Shown piece by piece: positions 1 to 12,984 of a stretch of 64,000 bases of DNA. The notes beneath the pieces are model-generated. The model was not told the DNA's origin. It saw nothing but the letters and a program-made list of their open reading frames with translations, and made no database searches. Within the stretch, counting starts at the first letter, position 1; each line of letters starts with the position of its first letter. The stretch covers positions 110,298,001 to 110,362,000 of the forward strand of contig NC_043002.1 in the NCBI RefSeq assembly GCF_006345805.1, read 5' to 3'. The position numbers and the translations under genes were made by a program. Source of the DNA: Octopus sinensis. Its lineage: Eukaryota.

Positions 1-107
1 TCATTGCTCTGTTGTTTCAATCATTCCTAATTGCTGCCATTCTCAGTACATCCTTTTTCTATATCCTCTTATTAGCATACAATTTTATCCATGGGTTGGC
101 TCCTTTA

Positions 108-950
108 CAAATGGGGACTGAAAAGTTCATAGTCTGACTATGAAGGAGTGATGCTAAAGCTGTGAAACCTTGCATGCATTAATTTCAACTCTGCATTGTT
201 TTTTTCCAAGAAGTTAACTAATGCCTGACCATTCAAAGAAGACTTCAAAAGTAACTAGTAGTGACTTCCCTTGAAACTGGACAAAATTTGGCATTGTGGT
301 GTTATCAAGTCAAGTACCTTCAGAAAAAGGGTCTAGACCCTAATGACATTCATATTGACATGGTTGCTACATGAGAGGATGACACTTCAGCTTTATCAAC
401 AGTGCAAAGCTGAATTTAGGAGTGGAATGGAGAGTCTTTAAGATGACCCAAGGTCTGGACATCTTGCAACTGCCACCGCTGAGGAAAATATTCATTGTCT
501 TCACCACATGGTGGTGGATCACAAGCAATTGGCTATAAATCAAATAATTAATGCAATTAGCATATCCCGTGACAGTTGAGAATATTCTGCACAAAGAGAA
601 TGGCATGATAAAGCTTTCTGTTTAGTGGATGCTACGTCTTCTGACACTTAATGAACAACAAACCAGGCTGGTCATATCACTGGAAAAATCTAACATTGTT
701 TGAGGTAGATCCAGCTGGTTTCCTTGAACCTTTCCTAAGCCATCACATAGACAAAGAGACAATCCATGCAGTGGAAACATCCCTCCTTCCCTGCTCCAAA
801 GAAGTCCAAGGCCATTTCATCTGCAGGGAAGGTGATGGCCTTAGCTTTGGGGGATGCAAAACGCAATGTGTTTATTGACTTTCTTACAATAGGCTATCAA
901 GACCAAAAACCCTGGAAAATTGACAAAAGGGGTCCTGTTTCATCAGGACT
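108..950 (+). mobile_element. Decayed mariner transposon (left end plus fragmented transposase)
   Basis: TA then mariner-like left end at 108. Degenerate WVPRLLT (WMLRLLT, about 620-650). ORF 766-996 MQWKHPSFPAPKK..SAGKVMA..DAKRNVFID, then KLTKGVLFHQD at about 915-950. Many stops, frameshifts and an internal deletion. Confidence 0.85.
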
Positions 951-1631
951 GTGTAAAAAAGTGGTTCTGTACTTGTTAAAACCCTGGAACTCCTGAACCA
1001 GAATCCCACTACCAGATGTAGTTCAGAGCCTAATTCCTGAAGTAAAAAGGGCTCCTCCTCTCCTCCTTCTCCTCCTCTTCACACAGACACACACACACAC
1101 ACACGATGTAATATAATGAATCACTTCTCCTGAATTTCTGGCCTTGTGCCAATGAAAGAAATTATTATCATTATCAGATTGGAAATGGTCCTTCAAGTCC
1201 TCCCAGACTCAAGTGGTTGAAGTAGTTATTGCCTTGTGAAATTTTCTGTGGGTTTATGTCTTAATAGATTGGGCAAGAAAGCAGGTTCTGGGTAGGATAT
1301 ATTGAGTAAAGTAGTTAGTACGAGGATGGTCAGAGTAGGTACAGTAGAAGCGAAAAGTAAAAGATGCATTTACTGGGTTTGGGAAAGAGTGGTAGACTAT
1401 TTTCCAAGTCAGATGTGCAGGGTAGTACTGCTGTCACAAGAGTACTACTGCCACAAAATTAGGTAAGATAAACTACCAGTCAAGCACTGGGTTGATTTAA
1501 TTAGCTAACCCATTCCACTAAATTTCAGTCCCTGTGCCTATATTAGCAACAATGATTCTAATGTCAATATGCTACTCTGCACTCCCTCTACATCTAGCAT
1601 TGTACAACTACCAGCAGACTACTACCATTGT

Positions 1632-2018
1632 GCGGAGGTGCAATGGCCCAGTGGTTAGGGCAGTGGTCTCGCGGTCATAGGATCGCGGTTTCGATTCCCA
1701 GACCGGGCGTTGTGAGTGTTTATTGAGCGAAAACACCTAAAGCTCCACGAGGCTCTGGCAGGGGATGGTGGTGATCCCTGCTGTACTTTTTCACCACAAC
1801 TTTCTCTCACTCTTACTTCCTGTTTCTGTTGTACATGATTTCAAAAGGCCGGCTTTGTCATCTCTGTGTCACGCTGAATATCCCCGAGAACTACGTTAAG
1901 GGTACACGTGTCTGTGGTAGTACTCAGCCACTTACACGTTAATTTCACGAGCAGGCTGTTCCGCTGATTCGGATCAACCGGAACCCTCATCGTCGTAACC
2001 AACGGAGTGCTTCCATCC
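1632..2018 (+). mobile_element. tRNA-derived SINE, family A
   Basis: Head GGAGGTGCAATGGCCCAGTGGTTAGG with A box and GGTTTCGATTCC B box. 11-bp TSD ACTACCATTGT at 1621-1631 and 2019-2029. Three more copies in the window. Confidence 0.9.
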
Positions 2019-2350
2019 ACTACCATTGTACAAATGTACCATTTTACCACTACTAGTGTATTTCTGCATATTACTGTCAATGTACTACTACAACAGTACT
2101 GCTATTGTACTACTGCTGTTGTGCCATAGTCATTTTACTACTATCATTGTACAACTGCTATTCTACTACTATTATTTGCTATTGATGCCATACACTACTG
2201 ATGTACCATAACCATTGTCATTATACCATGTTTGCTGTGTACTATACTGCTGCTGTATAACTATTGTTGTACTACTTCTACTGTACTACTGCAGATATTT
2301 GAGAGAACACAAACCCATACAACCAGCTTAAAGAGTTATTTGTTTATATT

Positions 2351-2705
2351 TGGTACGTAAAAAGCACCATCCGATCGTGGCTGTTGCCAGCCTCGCGGGG
2401 CCCCCGTGCCGGTGGCACGTAAAAAGCACCATCCGTTCGTGGCCATTTGCCAGCCTCGCCTGGCCCCCGTGCCGGTGGCATGTAAAAAGCACCATCCGTT
2501 CATGACCGTTTGCCAGCTCCATCTGGCTCCTGTGCGGGTGGCACGTAAAAAGCACCCACTACACTCTCAGGAGTGGTTGGCATTAGGAAGGGCATCCAGC
2601 CGTAGAAAAAACACTGCCAGATCGACTGGCCTGATGCAGCCTTCTGGCTTCCCAGACCCCAGTTGAACCGTCCAACAAATGCTAGCATGGAAAACGGACC
2701 GCTAA

Positions 2706-2749
<44 letters not shown>
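2351..2749 (+). mobile_element. 5'-truncated RTE LINE 3'UTR (tandem GTGGCACGTAAAAAGCACC units, (GAT)n tail)
   Basis: Same sequence as the 3'UTR attached to the RTE ORF at 48410-49328; ends in (GAT)n. Confidence 0.85.
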
Positions 2750-2750
<1 letters not shown>

Positions 2751-3557
2751 CTATCCCTAGAAGTAGTGTATTCTATTTTCTTTTCAAAGACACTTGATTC
2801 CCAGTTAATTCAGTCCCTGGATGATAAATTCCATAAGGAAGCTTTGTCATTCTTAGTTGAAAGCAGCAGGTAGATTATATGGTGGTTTACAAATTGTATA
2901 GCTGAGCTTAATATCTTCACCTCATGCACTATGAGAAGGCAATGGGTACTCATCCTAGATATCACCTACAAATCTCCCTTAAGTATAGTTTCTATGAATC
3001 CCAGCAACTGAAGTAAAACTAGTGATATTGTGATATTGTCTTCATAGTATGTTTCAGTGTTTAGTATTCATATGGTTTTTGATTGTTTGGTTAATACACA
3101 GAGAATAGTGGTGAAAGAAATTAACAGCTATTCTTTTATAATTAGTGTATATGCTAAATATGATGCTGCATTGATGTTAGCTGATAGTAATTGAATATTT
3201 AATAGAGGTATTGGTGTTCTACATCTTCTTACATATCCAATACCACACTTTGGGAATTAAAAATTAAGTAAAATGTCACTTTCCCAATTCAGAATAACTG
3301 ACACAAAAGGACTTGTGTGCATACATGCTTACATGTATGTATACGTGTGCATGTACATGCATGTTTACATACATATATCAGATATATATATGCATGTATA
3401 CACACATAAATACAAACATACTATATATATACATTCATGCACACACCTGCTTACATTTATACATATATAGATACATGTATCCATACACACATACACATGC
3501 AACTTAATAATTCATGAACCTTTTGTGATTGTCAGCAACTCAATAAATAGCACTTAC

Positions 3558-3619
3558 CGATTTCAGTAAATCCTGGACAACACTTGACACATTTTTGTTT
3601 TTTCAGATAATATTTAGTA
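3558..3619 (-). CDS. Candidate 62-bp internal exon of a host gene, EMI-domain-like (xTKYYLKKQKCVKCCPGFTEI-G/D)
   Basis: Minus strand: pyrimidine-rich acceptor ttcttcttctatttcaag, open frame with the CCPGF motif, donor G|GTAAGT. Partner exons were not identified. Confidence 0.5.
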
Positions 3620-3709
3620 CTTGAAATAGAAGAAGAAATCTTTTAGTCATTGTACTGTCAAAATATATAATGATGATGAGGATGATGATGAGGATGATAA
3701 TGATGATTA

Positions 3710-4136
3710 TACTCTTTACTCTTTACTCTTTTACTTGTTTCAGTCATTTGACTGCGGCCATGCTGGAGCACCGCCTTTAGTCGAGCAAATCGACCACGGG
3801 ACTTATTCTTTGTAAGCCCAGTACTTATTCTATCGGTCTCTTTTGCCGAACCGCTAAGTGACGGGGACGTAAATACACCAGCATTGGTTGTCAAGCAATG
3901 CTAGGGGGACAAACAGACACACAAGCACCCACACACATACATATATATATATATATATACACATATATACGACAGGCTTCTTTCAGTTTCCGTCTACCAA
4001 ATCCACTCACAATGCATTGGTCGGCCTGGAGCTATAGCAGAAGACACTTGCCCAAGGTGCCACGCAGTGGGACTGAACCCGGAACCATGTGGTTGGTTAG
4101 TAAGCTACTTACCACACAGCCACTCCTGCGCCTATT
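3710..4136 (-). mobile_element. tRNA-derived SINE, family C (CORE-like segment, internal TA/TG microsatellite, (AGTAAAG)n tail)
   Basis: Reverse complement of head ATAGGCGCAGGAGTGGCTGTGTGGTAAG..GGTTCAGTCC; segment CTTGGGCAAGTGTCTT resembles the CORE domain. More than ten copies or fragments in the window. Confidence 0.9.
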
Positions 4137-4696
4137 ATGATGATGATTCTTGTCATTTGTCACAATGAGGATGAATGAGGGGACGAACAGTGAGAGATTA
4201 CAAAAACTGACGGTTTACATGAAAAACAAAAATATAAGGAATTTACAATATGGAACATCCAATCAGAGAACAGCCACATAGAGCAAACTGAATACAGCCA
4301 CAAATACATGTTTACCCTAACCACCAAAGGCAAGTACCCTCTCCTAGCCATCTTCTCTGTCCTACAGCTGGATGCTGAAAGTAGATTCATTCATGCAGGC
4401 CGTTCTTGTCACTCATGCATCTTCTTGCAAATTTACAGTAAGAAACCAACTTGCCCAAGGTGCCACGCAGTGGGACTGAACCCGGAACCATGTGGTTGGT
4501 AAGCAAATCCCTATTCGCCTTCTCTTAGTAGAACTCGAAGAATTTGATGAAGTTTTGGCTGAAGAGGAATGAGTTTGTCTTCGGGGGTTTTTAATGTTGT
4601 CTGCCAATCTTTTGTTAGGGTACTAGAAAGTGAAATTCTGTTTGCCGTTTCTGGTTGAAGATAAGTGGTGGAGCAATCCTCACAATAGTTGCAACT

Positions 4697-5804
4697 GATG
4701 GCCAGATGTCTCCTAAACATCTCAACAGCTGTCAGCTGCCTCTGCCCAAGCTTTCGAGGACAATTTCCCTTCACCCTATTTCTGGGTGAGACTGGCCAGA
4801 CTAAGCATGCAATTTGCAAAAGTTCAGAAAGGTAGCCTTTTAGGCTGACCATTGGGCTATACAACGAAATGATCTAGCTTCTGCTATATATTAATGAATG
4901 GTGAGCTGGCAGAACCGTTAGCATGCCGGGCGAAATGCGTAGCCGTATTTCGTCTACCATTACGTTCTGAGTTCAAATTCCGCCGAGGTCGACTTTGCCT
5001 TTCATCCTTTCGGGGTCGATGAATTAAGTACCAGTTACGCACTGGGGTCGATATAATCGACTTAAATTCGTTTGTCTGTTCTTGTTGTCTCCTCTATGTT
5101 TAGCCCCTTGTGGGTAGTAAAGAAACATAATATTAATGAACATTATTATAGACAGTTGCTAATGCTGGTGATCAGTGCATAGAGTTTGATTAGATAGTAT
5201 AACTAGCATGATGAATGCCCTTCCAATCATGGCTGTGTGGTTATGATACTTGTTTTGCAATCACCACATGGATTAGAGTTCCATTAAAGTGCATGGAAGT
5301 CATGGGCAAATCAATGCTTTGTTAGTGAAATTTGGTTGACGGAAAAAGTAAAGAAGCTTATCATGTATATCTACATTTATATCCATCTATTTCTTTAAAT
5401 GTGTGTGTGTGCATGCACATACAAAGCATTGATTTGCCCATGACTGCCATGCACTTTAATGGAACTCTAATCCATGTGGTGATTGCAAAACAAGTATCAT
5501 AACCACACAGCCATGATTGGAAGGGTATTCATCATGATAGTTATACTATCTAATCAAACTCTATGCACTGATCACCAGCATTAGCAACTGTCTATAATAA
5601 TGTTCATTAATATATAGCAGAAGCTAGATCCTTTCGTTGTATAGCCCAATGGTCAGCCTAAAAGGCTACCTTTCTGAACTTTTGCAAATTGCATGCTTAG
5701 TCTGGCCAGTCTCACCCAGAAATAGGGTGAAGGGAAATTGTCCTCGAAAGCTTGGGCAGAGGTAGCTGACAGCTGTTGTGATGTTTAGGAGACATCTGGC
5801 CATC
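4697..5804. repeat. Inverted duplication, arms 4697-5322 (with SINE insertion) and 5421-5804, 98-bp spacer
   Basis: The right arm is the reverse complement of the left arm minus the SINE, with only about 6 mismatches over about 384 bp. Confidence 0.95.
4899..5129 (+). mobile_element. tRNA-derived SINE, family D
   Basis: GAGCTGGCAGAACCGTTAGC..GAGTTCAAATTCC..AAAGAAA; 11-bp TSD ATATTAATGAA at 4888-4898 and 5130-5140. Confidence 0.9.
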
Positions 5805-6297
5805 TTTGTTTTCATATATCTTCACATTATCGCTGTTTGAGTAGCTGCACCTTTGTTTATGCCTTCTATAAGATAAAGTGTTTTGGAGGCCAAATGCTTG
5901 GCTGGTTTCTTGGAATGCAAATAAGTTTCGGTTTCAGGGAAGGCATCCAGCCAGTGGCCATTCCATGTCACATAGAAAAAGCAAACATAAAAATGATGAT
6001 GAAGATGATTACACATTTTAATGAACAATATGGTGAGAATGGAAACTTTAGTGACCCAATTGTTGTTTTTCAGCCAAAGGTGTCAGCTCTGATCAAACAG
6101 ACCAAAGACGTATCAGCTGTGACCATCTTGTCTATGATTTTTAAGGCATAAAGTAATTAAGGCTCTATTAACTGATGCAGCCTTCTCTTTTAAAGATGGT
6201 AGGGTGTGAGTTGAGAGTGTTTAACTATTCTTTCTGGTTGGTTATGTAACTTCTTTGTTGGCTCATCCCATGACCTAGTTTCATCATTCCATTGTAG

Positions 6298-6686
6298 CTC
6301 TTTACTCTTTTAATTGTTTCATTTGACTGTGGCCATGCTGGAGCACCGCCTTTAGTCGAGCAAATTGACCCCAGGACTTATTCTTTGTAAGCCTAGTACT
6401 TATTCTATCGGTCTCTTTTGCCGAACTGCTAAGTTACGGGGATGTAAACGCACCAGCATCGGTTGTCAAGCAATGTTGGGGGGGGGGGCAAACAGAAACA
6501 CATAAACACACACACATATACATATATATATACATATACATATATACGACGGGCTTCTTTCAGTTTCCGTCTAGCAAATCCACTCAGAAGTCTTTGGTTG
6601 GCCCAAGGCTATAATAGAAGACACTTGCCCGGAACCCTGTGGCTGGTAAGCAAGCTACTTACCACACAGCCACTCCTACGCCTATT
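6298..6686 (-). mobile_element. SINE family C (small internal deletion)
   Basis: Colinear with other family C copies. Confidence 0.85.
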
Positions 6687-7265
6687 CATCATTACTACTT
6701 ATTTTGATAATATTTTTGAGAACCTCTAAGAAAAGCATGAATGTCATTCTATTTCATCATATTTTTATTGATTTTTGAGTAAAAATATCAATAAATAAAA
6801 CTCCAAAATACAGTTTCTATATTTTCAAAAATGAAACATTATTAATTAGGGTTCATAATTATACTTAATTGCTATGATCATAATGAGTTTATTTAACTTA
6901 TACCACAAATATTTTTCAAATTTGCTTCAGGAAACTAGTGAATAACTTGATTCAGTGCAGCTTGTGTTACTTGGTTTACTTTCTTTAGGTAATTCTAGAT
7001 ATTTTGAACGTTAAAAATGAGTGGTTACAAAATTTATATTTTAGTGCATTATCCTCATCATAATCATTGCTTTCATTTTAAAATCTGATTCTTCTGCAAG
7101 TATTGTTTTCTTCCTTTCTTCTATAGATTCCTAATATTTTTCTTGCTTTTGAATATGACATAAGATGGGTAAGTTTGTAAATTTCAATATTTACCAGTGT
7201 TCATGTAACAAGTTTTGTATTTTTATAGCTGCATAAAATACTACATAGTAGTATTTAATAATAAA

Positions 7266-7495
7266 GGCAGCCAGCTGGCAGAGACGTTAGCACGCCGGGC
7301 GAAATGCTTAGCGGTATTTCGTCTGCGTTATGTTGTGAGTTCAAATTCCGCCGAGGTCGACTTTGCCTTTCATCCTTTCGGGGTCGATAAATTAAGTACC
7401 AGTTTCGCACTGGGGTCAATGTAATCGACTTAATACCTATGTCTGTCCTTGTTTGTACCCTCTGTGTTTAGCCCCTTGTGGGTAATAAAGAAATA
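7266..7495 (+). mobile_element. SINE family D
   Basis: Full copy; TSD AGTATTTAATAATAAA at 7250-7265 and 7496-7511. Confidence 0.9.
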
Positions 7496-7977
7496 AGTAT
7501 TTAATAATAAAAAAAAATTGAAGTAGGGCTTCCAAAACTTCCTCCTCTAATGTTATAAATGATTTCTACTCTTTAAGGTGTTTTATTGCACCTGTCTGTT
7601 TGCATTTCATTATTTCAACTGTATTGTTCCTGTATCCCATGCTAGGGAATATCTGTTCTTTAATCATTGGCTCCCAGAGATTTTGCATAAAGCTTTGGTT
7701 TCAGTAACATAAAGCAGATGAAAGATCTCCCTTGGGATAAAGTACAACAAGCTTTTCCTTAGGAATGACTAAATTTCACATTGAAATCGAACAAATCTCT
7801 TGCTAATTCTTCAGTTCAACTGTTGACCACAGCAGTGAATTATGCTATCTGTGTAACCTGCTCAGGTGAACTCAACTCTAATTTTTTCTCATTCTGATAG
7901 ACTACTAATGCAAAATATTGTATTGTCATTCTTAACCGTTTGCTGACAGTATGAAAATATATATTCTCTGTTTTAAA

Positions 7978-8196
7978 ACTTCATTTTTACAAACGATAAT
8001 TTTGCAATGCAATATCTGTGATAATCAAATAAAATATGAAATTTCACAGTTTAAACTGTTGTTTGAGTAGGTAGGGAGAGAAAGTGTTTTTCTTTTTTCC
8101 TAATGTTCAAAATGTTTACTTAAATCCTTAAATCATTTATTTTATTTGATTATCACAGATATTGCATTGCAAAATTATTGTTTGTGAAAATGAAGT
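7978..8196. repeat. 59-bp inverted arms enclosing a 98-bp copy of 9685-9782
   Basis: Arms 7978-8036 and 8138-8196 are reverse complements; 8037-8134 matches 9685-9782 with one mismatch. Confidence 0.9.
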
Positions 8197-8699
8197 ACTT
8201 TATAATACCACCGAAGCTAAACCTCATTAGCTTCCACAAACTAAAACTTGGAGGCATGAGGATGTCCCACAAAATGATGATGCACAATGAATTGGACTTG
8301 ATTAATTTACACAGAAAAGCTGATGATGTCATGAAGAAATGAAATGATACCGTAAGTAATTTTACTAACTGTCAAGTATATATCAATATTTTTAAAAATC
8401 ATTTTATCACTGATTGATAAAAAAAATGAGACAAATTTATTTCTGTAACAATATTGAAAGTTTACACCAGTTTACTGTCTATACAACTTATCTTAGCTTC
8501 AAGAAAAGTAGAAGGTGAAACCTTTCAATTTGGTTTGAAGTTTTGGGCATAAAAAGTATTAAGGCAGATGATAGTATCTCTGGAGTAAAGTAAGCTTTTG
8601 CAATCTTTACCTGATCTTTCAGAGACAGCTTCCTCTTATTGCTTTCCTTTCTAAGCTTTGCCTCCTTAACTCACTTATCCTAGTTTGTGTCTGGATAGT

Positions 8700-9086
8700 G
8701 TTATTGGAAGCACTCCGTCGGTTACGACGACGAGGGTTCCGGTTGATCCAAATCAACGGAACAGCCTGCTCGTGAAATTAATGTGTAAGTGGCTGAGCAC
8801 TCCACAGATATGTGTACCTTAACGCAGTTCTCGGGGATATTCAGCGTGACACAGAGAGTGACAAGGCCAGCCCTTTGAAATACAGGTACAACAGAAACAG
8901 GAAGTAAGAGTGAGAGAAAGTTGTGGTGAAAGAGTACAGCAGGGATCAACGCCATCCCCTGCCGGAGCCTCGTGGAGCTATAGGTGTTTTCGCTCAATAA
9001 ACACTCACAACGCCCGGTCTGGGAATCGAAACCGCGATCCTACGACCGCGAGTCCGCTGCCCTAACCACTGGGCCATTGCGCCTCC
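8700..9086 (-). mobile_element. SINE family A
   Basis: TSD GTCTGGATAGT at 8689-8699 and 9087-9097. Confidence 0.9.
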
Positions 9087-9859
9087 GTCTGGATAGTACT
9101 GTACCTTAAACAGTCTTACTGAATTATCAATGTCGCAACACCCATTACATATCATGGATTTAATATTCCTGATATTGAGTAAGTAATCCTATTAATTTAC
9201 GCACTTAACATCACTTAGTACTTGTTCATACATGATCATCACTATCATCATCATAGTTTAATGTTCACTTTCTATATTGGTTTTTGTAAGTGTTGGTAAA
9301 ATGTTTTTATAGGTTTTGCATAAATATACTTTAAGTGCATTATACAAATACATTCCACATACTCTTATATAAATATATACAATGTGCATCACATAAATGC
9401 ACTTTTGTGAATGTATGTGCATGTGTATACTGATCATTTTATGGGGTTTACAAAGTTTTTCAATGTTTCTAAATTCATGAAATTGTGAATTCATGAAAGT
9501 ACTTTACAAATCATGTGATGTGTGTTATATGTACATGGCTTTGCATTCAAGCATGAGTGCCCATGATCAAATAAAGAAGTAACATTTTTATTCTGTTATA
9601 GATATCAACATTATATCTGTTATATATATTATATGTTAATTTATCCTGACAGGATAGGTAGTAAAGTTGACAAGGAATTACATTTGAAATTTCACAGTTT
9701 AAACTGTTGTTTGTGTAGGTAGGGAGAGAAAGTGTTTTTCTTTTTTCCTAATGTTCAAAATGTTTACTTAAATCCTTAAATCCTTAAAAATGTTTTAGCC
9801 TGAAGGCCACGGCCATGCTGGGGCACCACCGCTATTAAATATTTGGGCTCAAGTTATGA

Positions 9860-10375
9860 TATCAAATTTCTCGGTAATATGGAGATTGCTTCTGTTGTCT
9901 TGTCTCATAGATGCTCCAGTTTATTTGAGCATTTATTTTCTTTTTGATGACATTGGCGTCCAGAGGACAGCCGATTTCCACCACAGAGTATATTTTTCAT
10001 TGTCCCATATAATAATATTTGATCAGTGTTTTAACTTGGAAGCTGTTTTAATTTTTAAGTTCCACTAATATTCTTCCGACCCATCAGTCTAATATAGTCA
10101 ACGTTGACTGTTGGTAATTTCCTTTTTCTTATTCTGTTCTAGGTTCTTCAGGTCAGCACACCATGCCTCATGGGAAAATAATATCTAGAAGACATTCTCT
10201 AACAGTTGGCAATAATGTGGTTGATGTTTTCAATTTCAGTTTTGCACAGCCTATAATTGTTGGTCAGTGTTTTCTGCTTTTTATGTTGCAAGTGCTTGGT
10301 GATGATCTATTGTTCTTAAATTGCCTGGACATAATCATCAGAGTGGGATATCATAAACTTGTCAATACTTCATGC
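9860..10375 (-). mobile_element. Decayed R4/Dong-like (RLE) LINE C-terminal fragment
   Basis: Minus-strand pieces YRLCKTEIENINHIIANC..YYFPMRH (zinc-knuckle-like), LKIKTASKLKH..IIIWD and VVEIGCPLDANV (RLE-like), with stops and frameshifts. Confidence 0.7.
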
Positions 10376-10716
10376 CAAGCAGAAGTAGTAGGGGAGTATC
10401 ATAGCCCTCTGTTGAGAGGAATTCTTTGGGGTTTGAATAATTCACCTTTGGAAACATGGATGTTTTGTTCATCATCCTTAAACAACTTTATTTAGAGACC
10501 TTTTGAGCAGGATACGCTACTCGATCTGAAGAAAATTCTAACTGGGCCCTATTTGCAAGACCATGCACTGTTTATCTTGATATGAAATTATCACATACGG
10601 TTGTGATGCATGTGTCTGGTGTACCCTTATTAGATAGGTAATCAAGATGCGTATATTGGGCTTTGTATATTTGTACCCCAGTGTCATTTTGATGGCATGC
10701 AATGCTCTCTCGCTCA
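10376..10716 (+). mobile_element. Repeat family E (5'-truncated, ends CTCAATAAT)
   Basis: Homologous to 21884-22360, 28519-28999 and 29011-29431. Confidence 0.75.
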
Positions 10717-10736
10717 ATGATAATATCAATAATAAT

Positions 10737-10978
10737 CATCATCATCATTTAGCATCCGCTTTCCATGCTAGCATGGGTTGGATGGTTTAACTGGGGTCTG
10801 TGAAGCCAGAAGGTTGCATCAGGCCCAGTCTGATCTGGTAGTGTTTCTACGGCTGGATGCCCTTCCTATCGCCAACCACTCCAAGAGTGTAGTGGGTGCT
10901 TTTTACGTGCCACCCGCACAGGTGCCAGATGGAGCTGGCAAACGGCCACGGACAGATGGTGCTTTTTACGTGCCACAA
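10737..10978 (-). mobile_element. RTE 3'UTR fragment
   Basis: (ATC)n tail followed by the reverse complement of the 49140-49328 region. Confidence 0.85.
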
Positions 10979-11232
10979 TGATAATAATAATTATAACCAA
11001 AAACAGGAATGATAATCGCTGTAATCTGATAGCTATCTCAATCTGTTCTGACTAAATATTGCCTGGAGATAGGAAAACTATTAAAGTTCAAGGTTTTTTA
11101 AATGGAAACCAGCAGAATGTAGGGAAGTAAAGACAGCATTAAATATATAACTGGAACGTTAGGTATGATAAAGAAATATAGAAACAAATAAGAAAGAACA
11201 TATCAAGGCTTACAACTGTACATTTTTACACA

Positions 11233-11657
11233 GAGCAGGAGTGGCTGTGTGGTAAGTAGCTTGCTAACCAGCCACATGGTTCCGGGTTCAGTCCCACTGC
11301 GTGGCATCTTGGGCAAGTGTCTTCTGCTATAGCCTCGGGCCGACCAATGCCTTGTGAGTGGATTTGGTAGACAGAAACTGAAAGAAGCCTGTCGTATATA
11401 TGTATATATGTATATATATATATGTATGTGTGTGTGTGTTTGTGTGTCTGTGTTTGTCCCCCTAGCATTGCTTGACAACTGATGCTGGTGTGTTTACGTC
11501 CCCCGTCACTTAGCGGTTCGGCAAAAGAGACCGATAAAATTAGTACTGGGCTTACAAATGAATAAGTCCCGGAGTCGAGTTGCTCGATTAAAGGCGGTGC
11601 CCCAGCATGGCCGCAGTCAAATGACTGAAACAAGTAAAAGAGTAAAGAGTAAAGAGA
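11233..11657 (+). mobile_element. SINE family C
   Basis: Near full length, from GCAGGAGTGGCTGTGTGG to the AGTAAAG tail. Confidence 0.9.
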
Positions 11658-11794
11658 GCAAAATATGCTTAATTCAATAGTAAAATCTGTGCAGCACATG
11701 TTCTGCATCGCTCATACAACAAATATTTTTCTTGATCATTGATATAAGCTGCACAAACCTCATCAGTATAAAAAGACAACATAAACTCTTACAT

Positions 11795-12183
11795 GGATGG
11801 ATGGAAGCACTCTGTCGGTTACGACGACGAGGGTTCCGGTTGATCCGATCAACGGAACAGCCTGCTCGTGAAATTAACGTGTAAGTGGCTGAGCACTCCA
11901 CAGACATGTGTACCCTTAACGTAGTTCTCGGGGATATTCAGCATGACACAGAGAGTGACAAGGCCGGCCCTTTGAAATACAGGTACAACAGAAACAGGAA
12001 GTAAGTGTGAGAGAAAGTTGTGGTGAAAGAGTACAGCAGGGATCACCACCATCCCCTGCCGGAGCCTCGTGGAGCTTTAGGTGTTTTCGCTCAATAAACA
12101 CTCACAACGACCGGTCTGGGAATCGAAACCGCGATCCTACGACCACGAGTCCACTGCCCTAACCACTGGGCCATTGCGCCTCC
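11795..12183 (-). mobile_element. SINE family A
   Basis: TSD AACTCTTACAT at 11784-11794 and 12184-12194; (CCAT)n tail. Confidence 0.9.
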
Positions 12184-12786
12184 AACTCTTACATAACTGC
12201 CACATGAAACACATCCCAACAGTTTACGTAACTCATACTCTACACAGTTGCTACCTAATAATGTAGCATACATTCTTTCTTTACAATCACCACCCAACAT
12301 TATGGCTCAAAACATGCAACATGTATATGAAACACCATAAGAATCTTCCAAATTAATGCTTACCATAACCAGCCTCTTCTGCACAATAAGTAGATGAAAC
12401 ATTAAAGTACCACCAGAAACAATTAAGCAAACCCTTCCAACAAAGCAAATAAAAAGCCGCACGCAATTCCGCACCCTCTCTCAAAAGACTATATTTCACA
12501 CACCTCAGGAACGGATGATGCACATGAAAATGCAATAGAAACTCTCACAAAATTGTTACAATAAATTACAGTAAAATATGAGATGGTTTGAAAGAAACAA
12601 TCTCATAGTTTTTTGATGTCAAGTCATAGCCAAATGAGAATAGGTCTACAGGCATGACAGAATTGGAGCATTAGAATGACACCACCAGCATTATGAAACC
12701 CACCACCACCACCACCACCAATTTCATCTATGCATGTATATATATATATATATATTGCTAAACCTCGCTAAGATATTTCAATTAAC

Positions 12787-12852
12787 CTGAAGATTGACTG
12801 TAACCATAACTCGAATTATTACGAATTGGACAGCCATGAAACGATCGTAGTG
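12787..12852 (+). ncRNA. Degenerate hammerhead-ribozyme-like motif
   Basis: CTGAAGA (12787-12793), an imperfect stem II (CTGT/ACAG), GAAA (12838-12841), palindromic ACGATCGT stem III and a GTA site. Stem I is only about 2 bp. Confidence 0.45.
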
Positions 12853-12984
12853 TTTTACTCATTATCTTTTATTAAACTTTTAATACTTTTGATATATATT
12901 TAAAATAATATAAATTAATTAATTTTATGTATTGGCTTAAGTTTTTCATTGTTTGATTTGCCTAATAGTGGTTTTATCTCTAAT

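Noticed and set aside
1634-1710. tRNA genes at SINE heads
   Set aside because: A and B boxes are present but there is no complete cloverleaf, and each head is joined to a repeat body with TSDs or tails.
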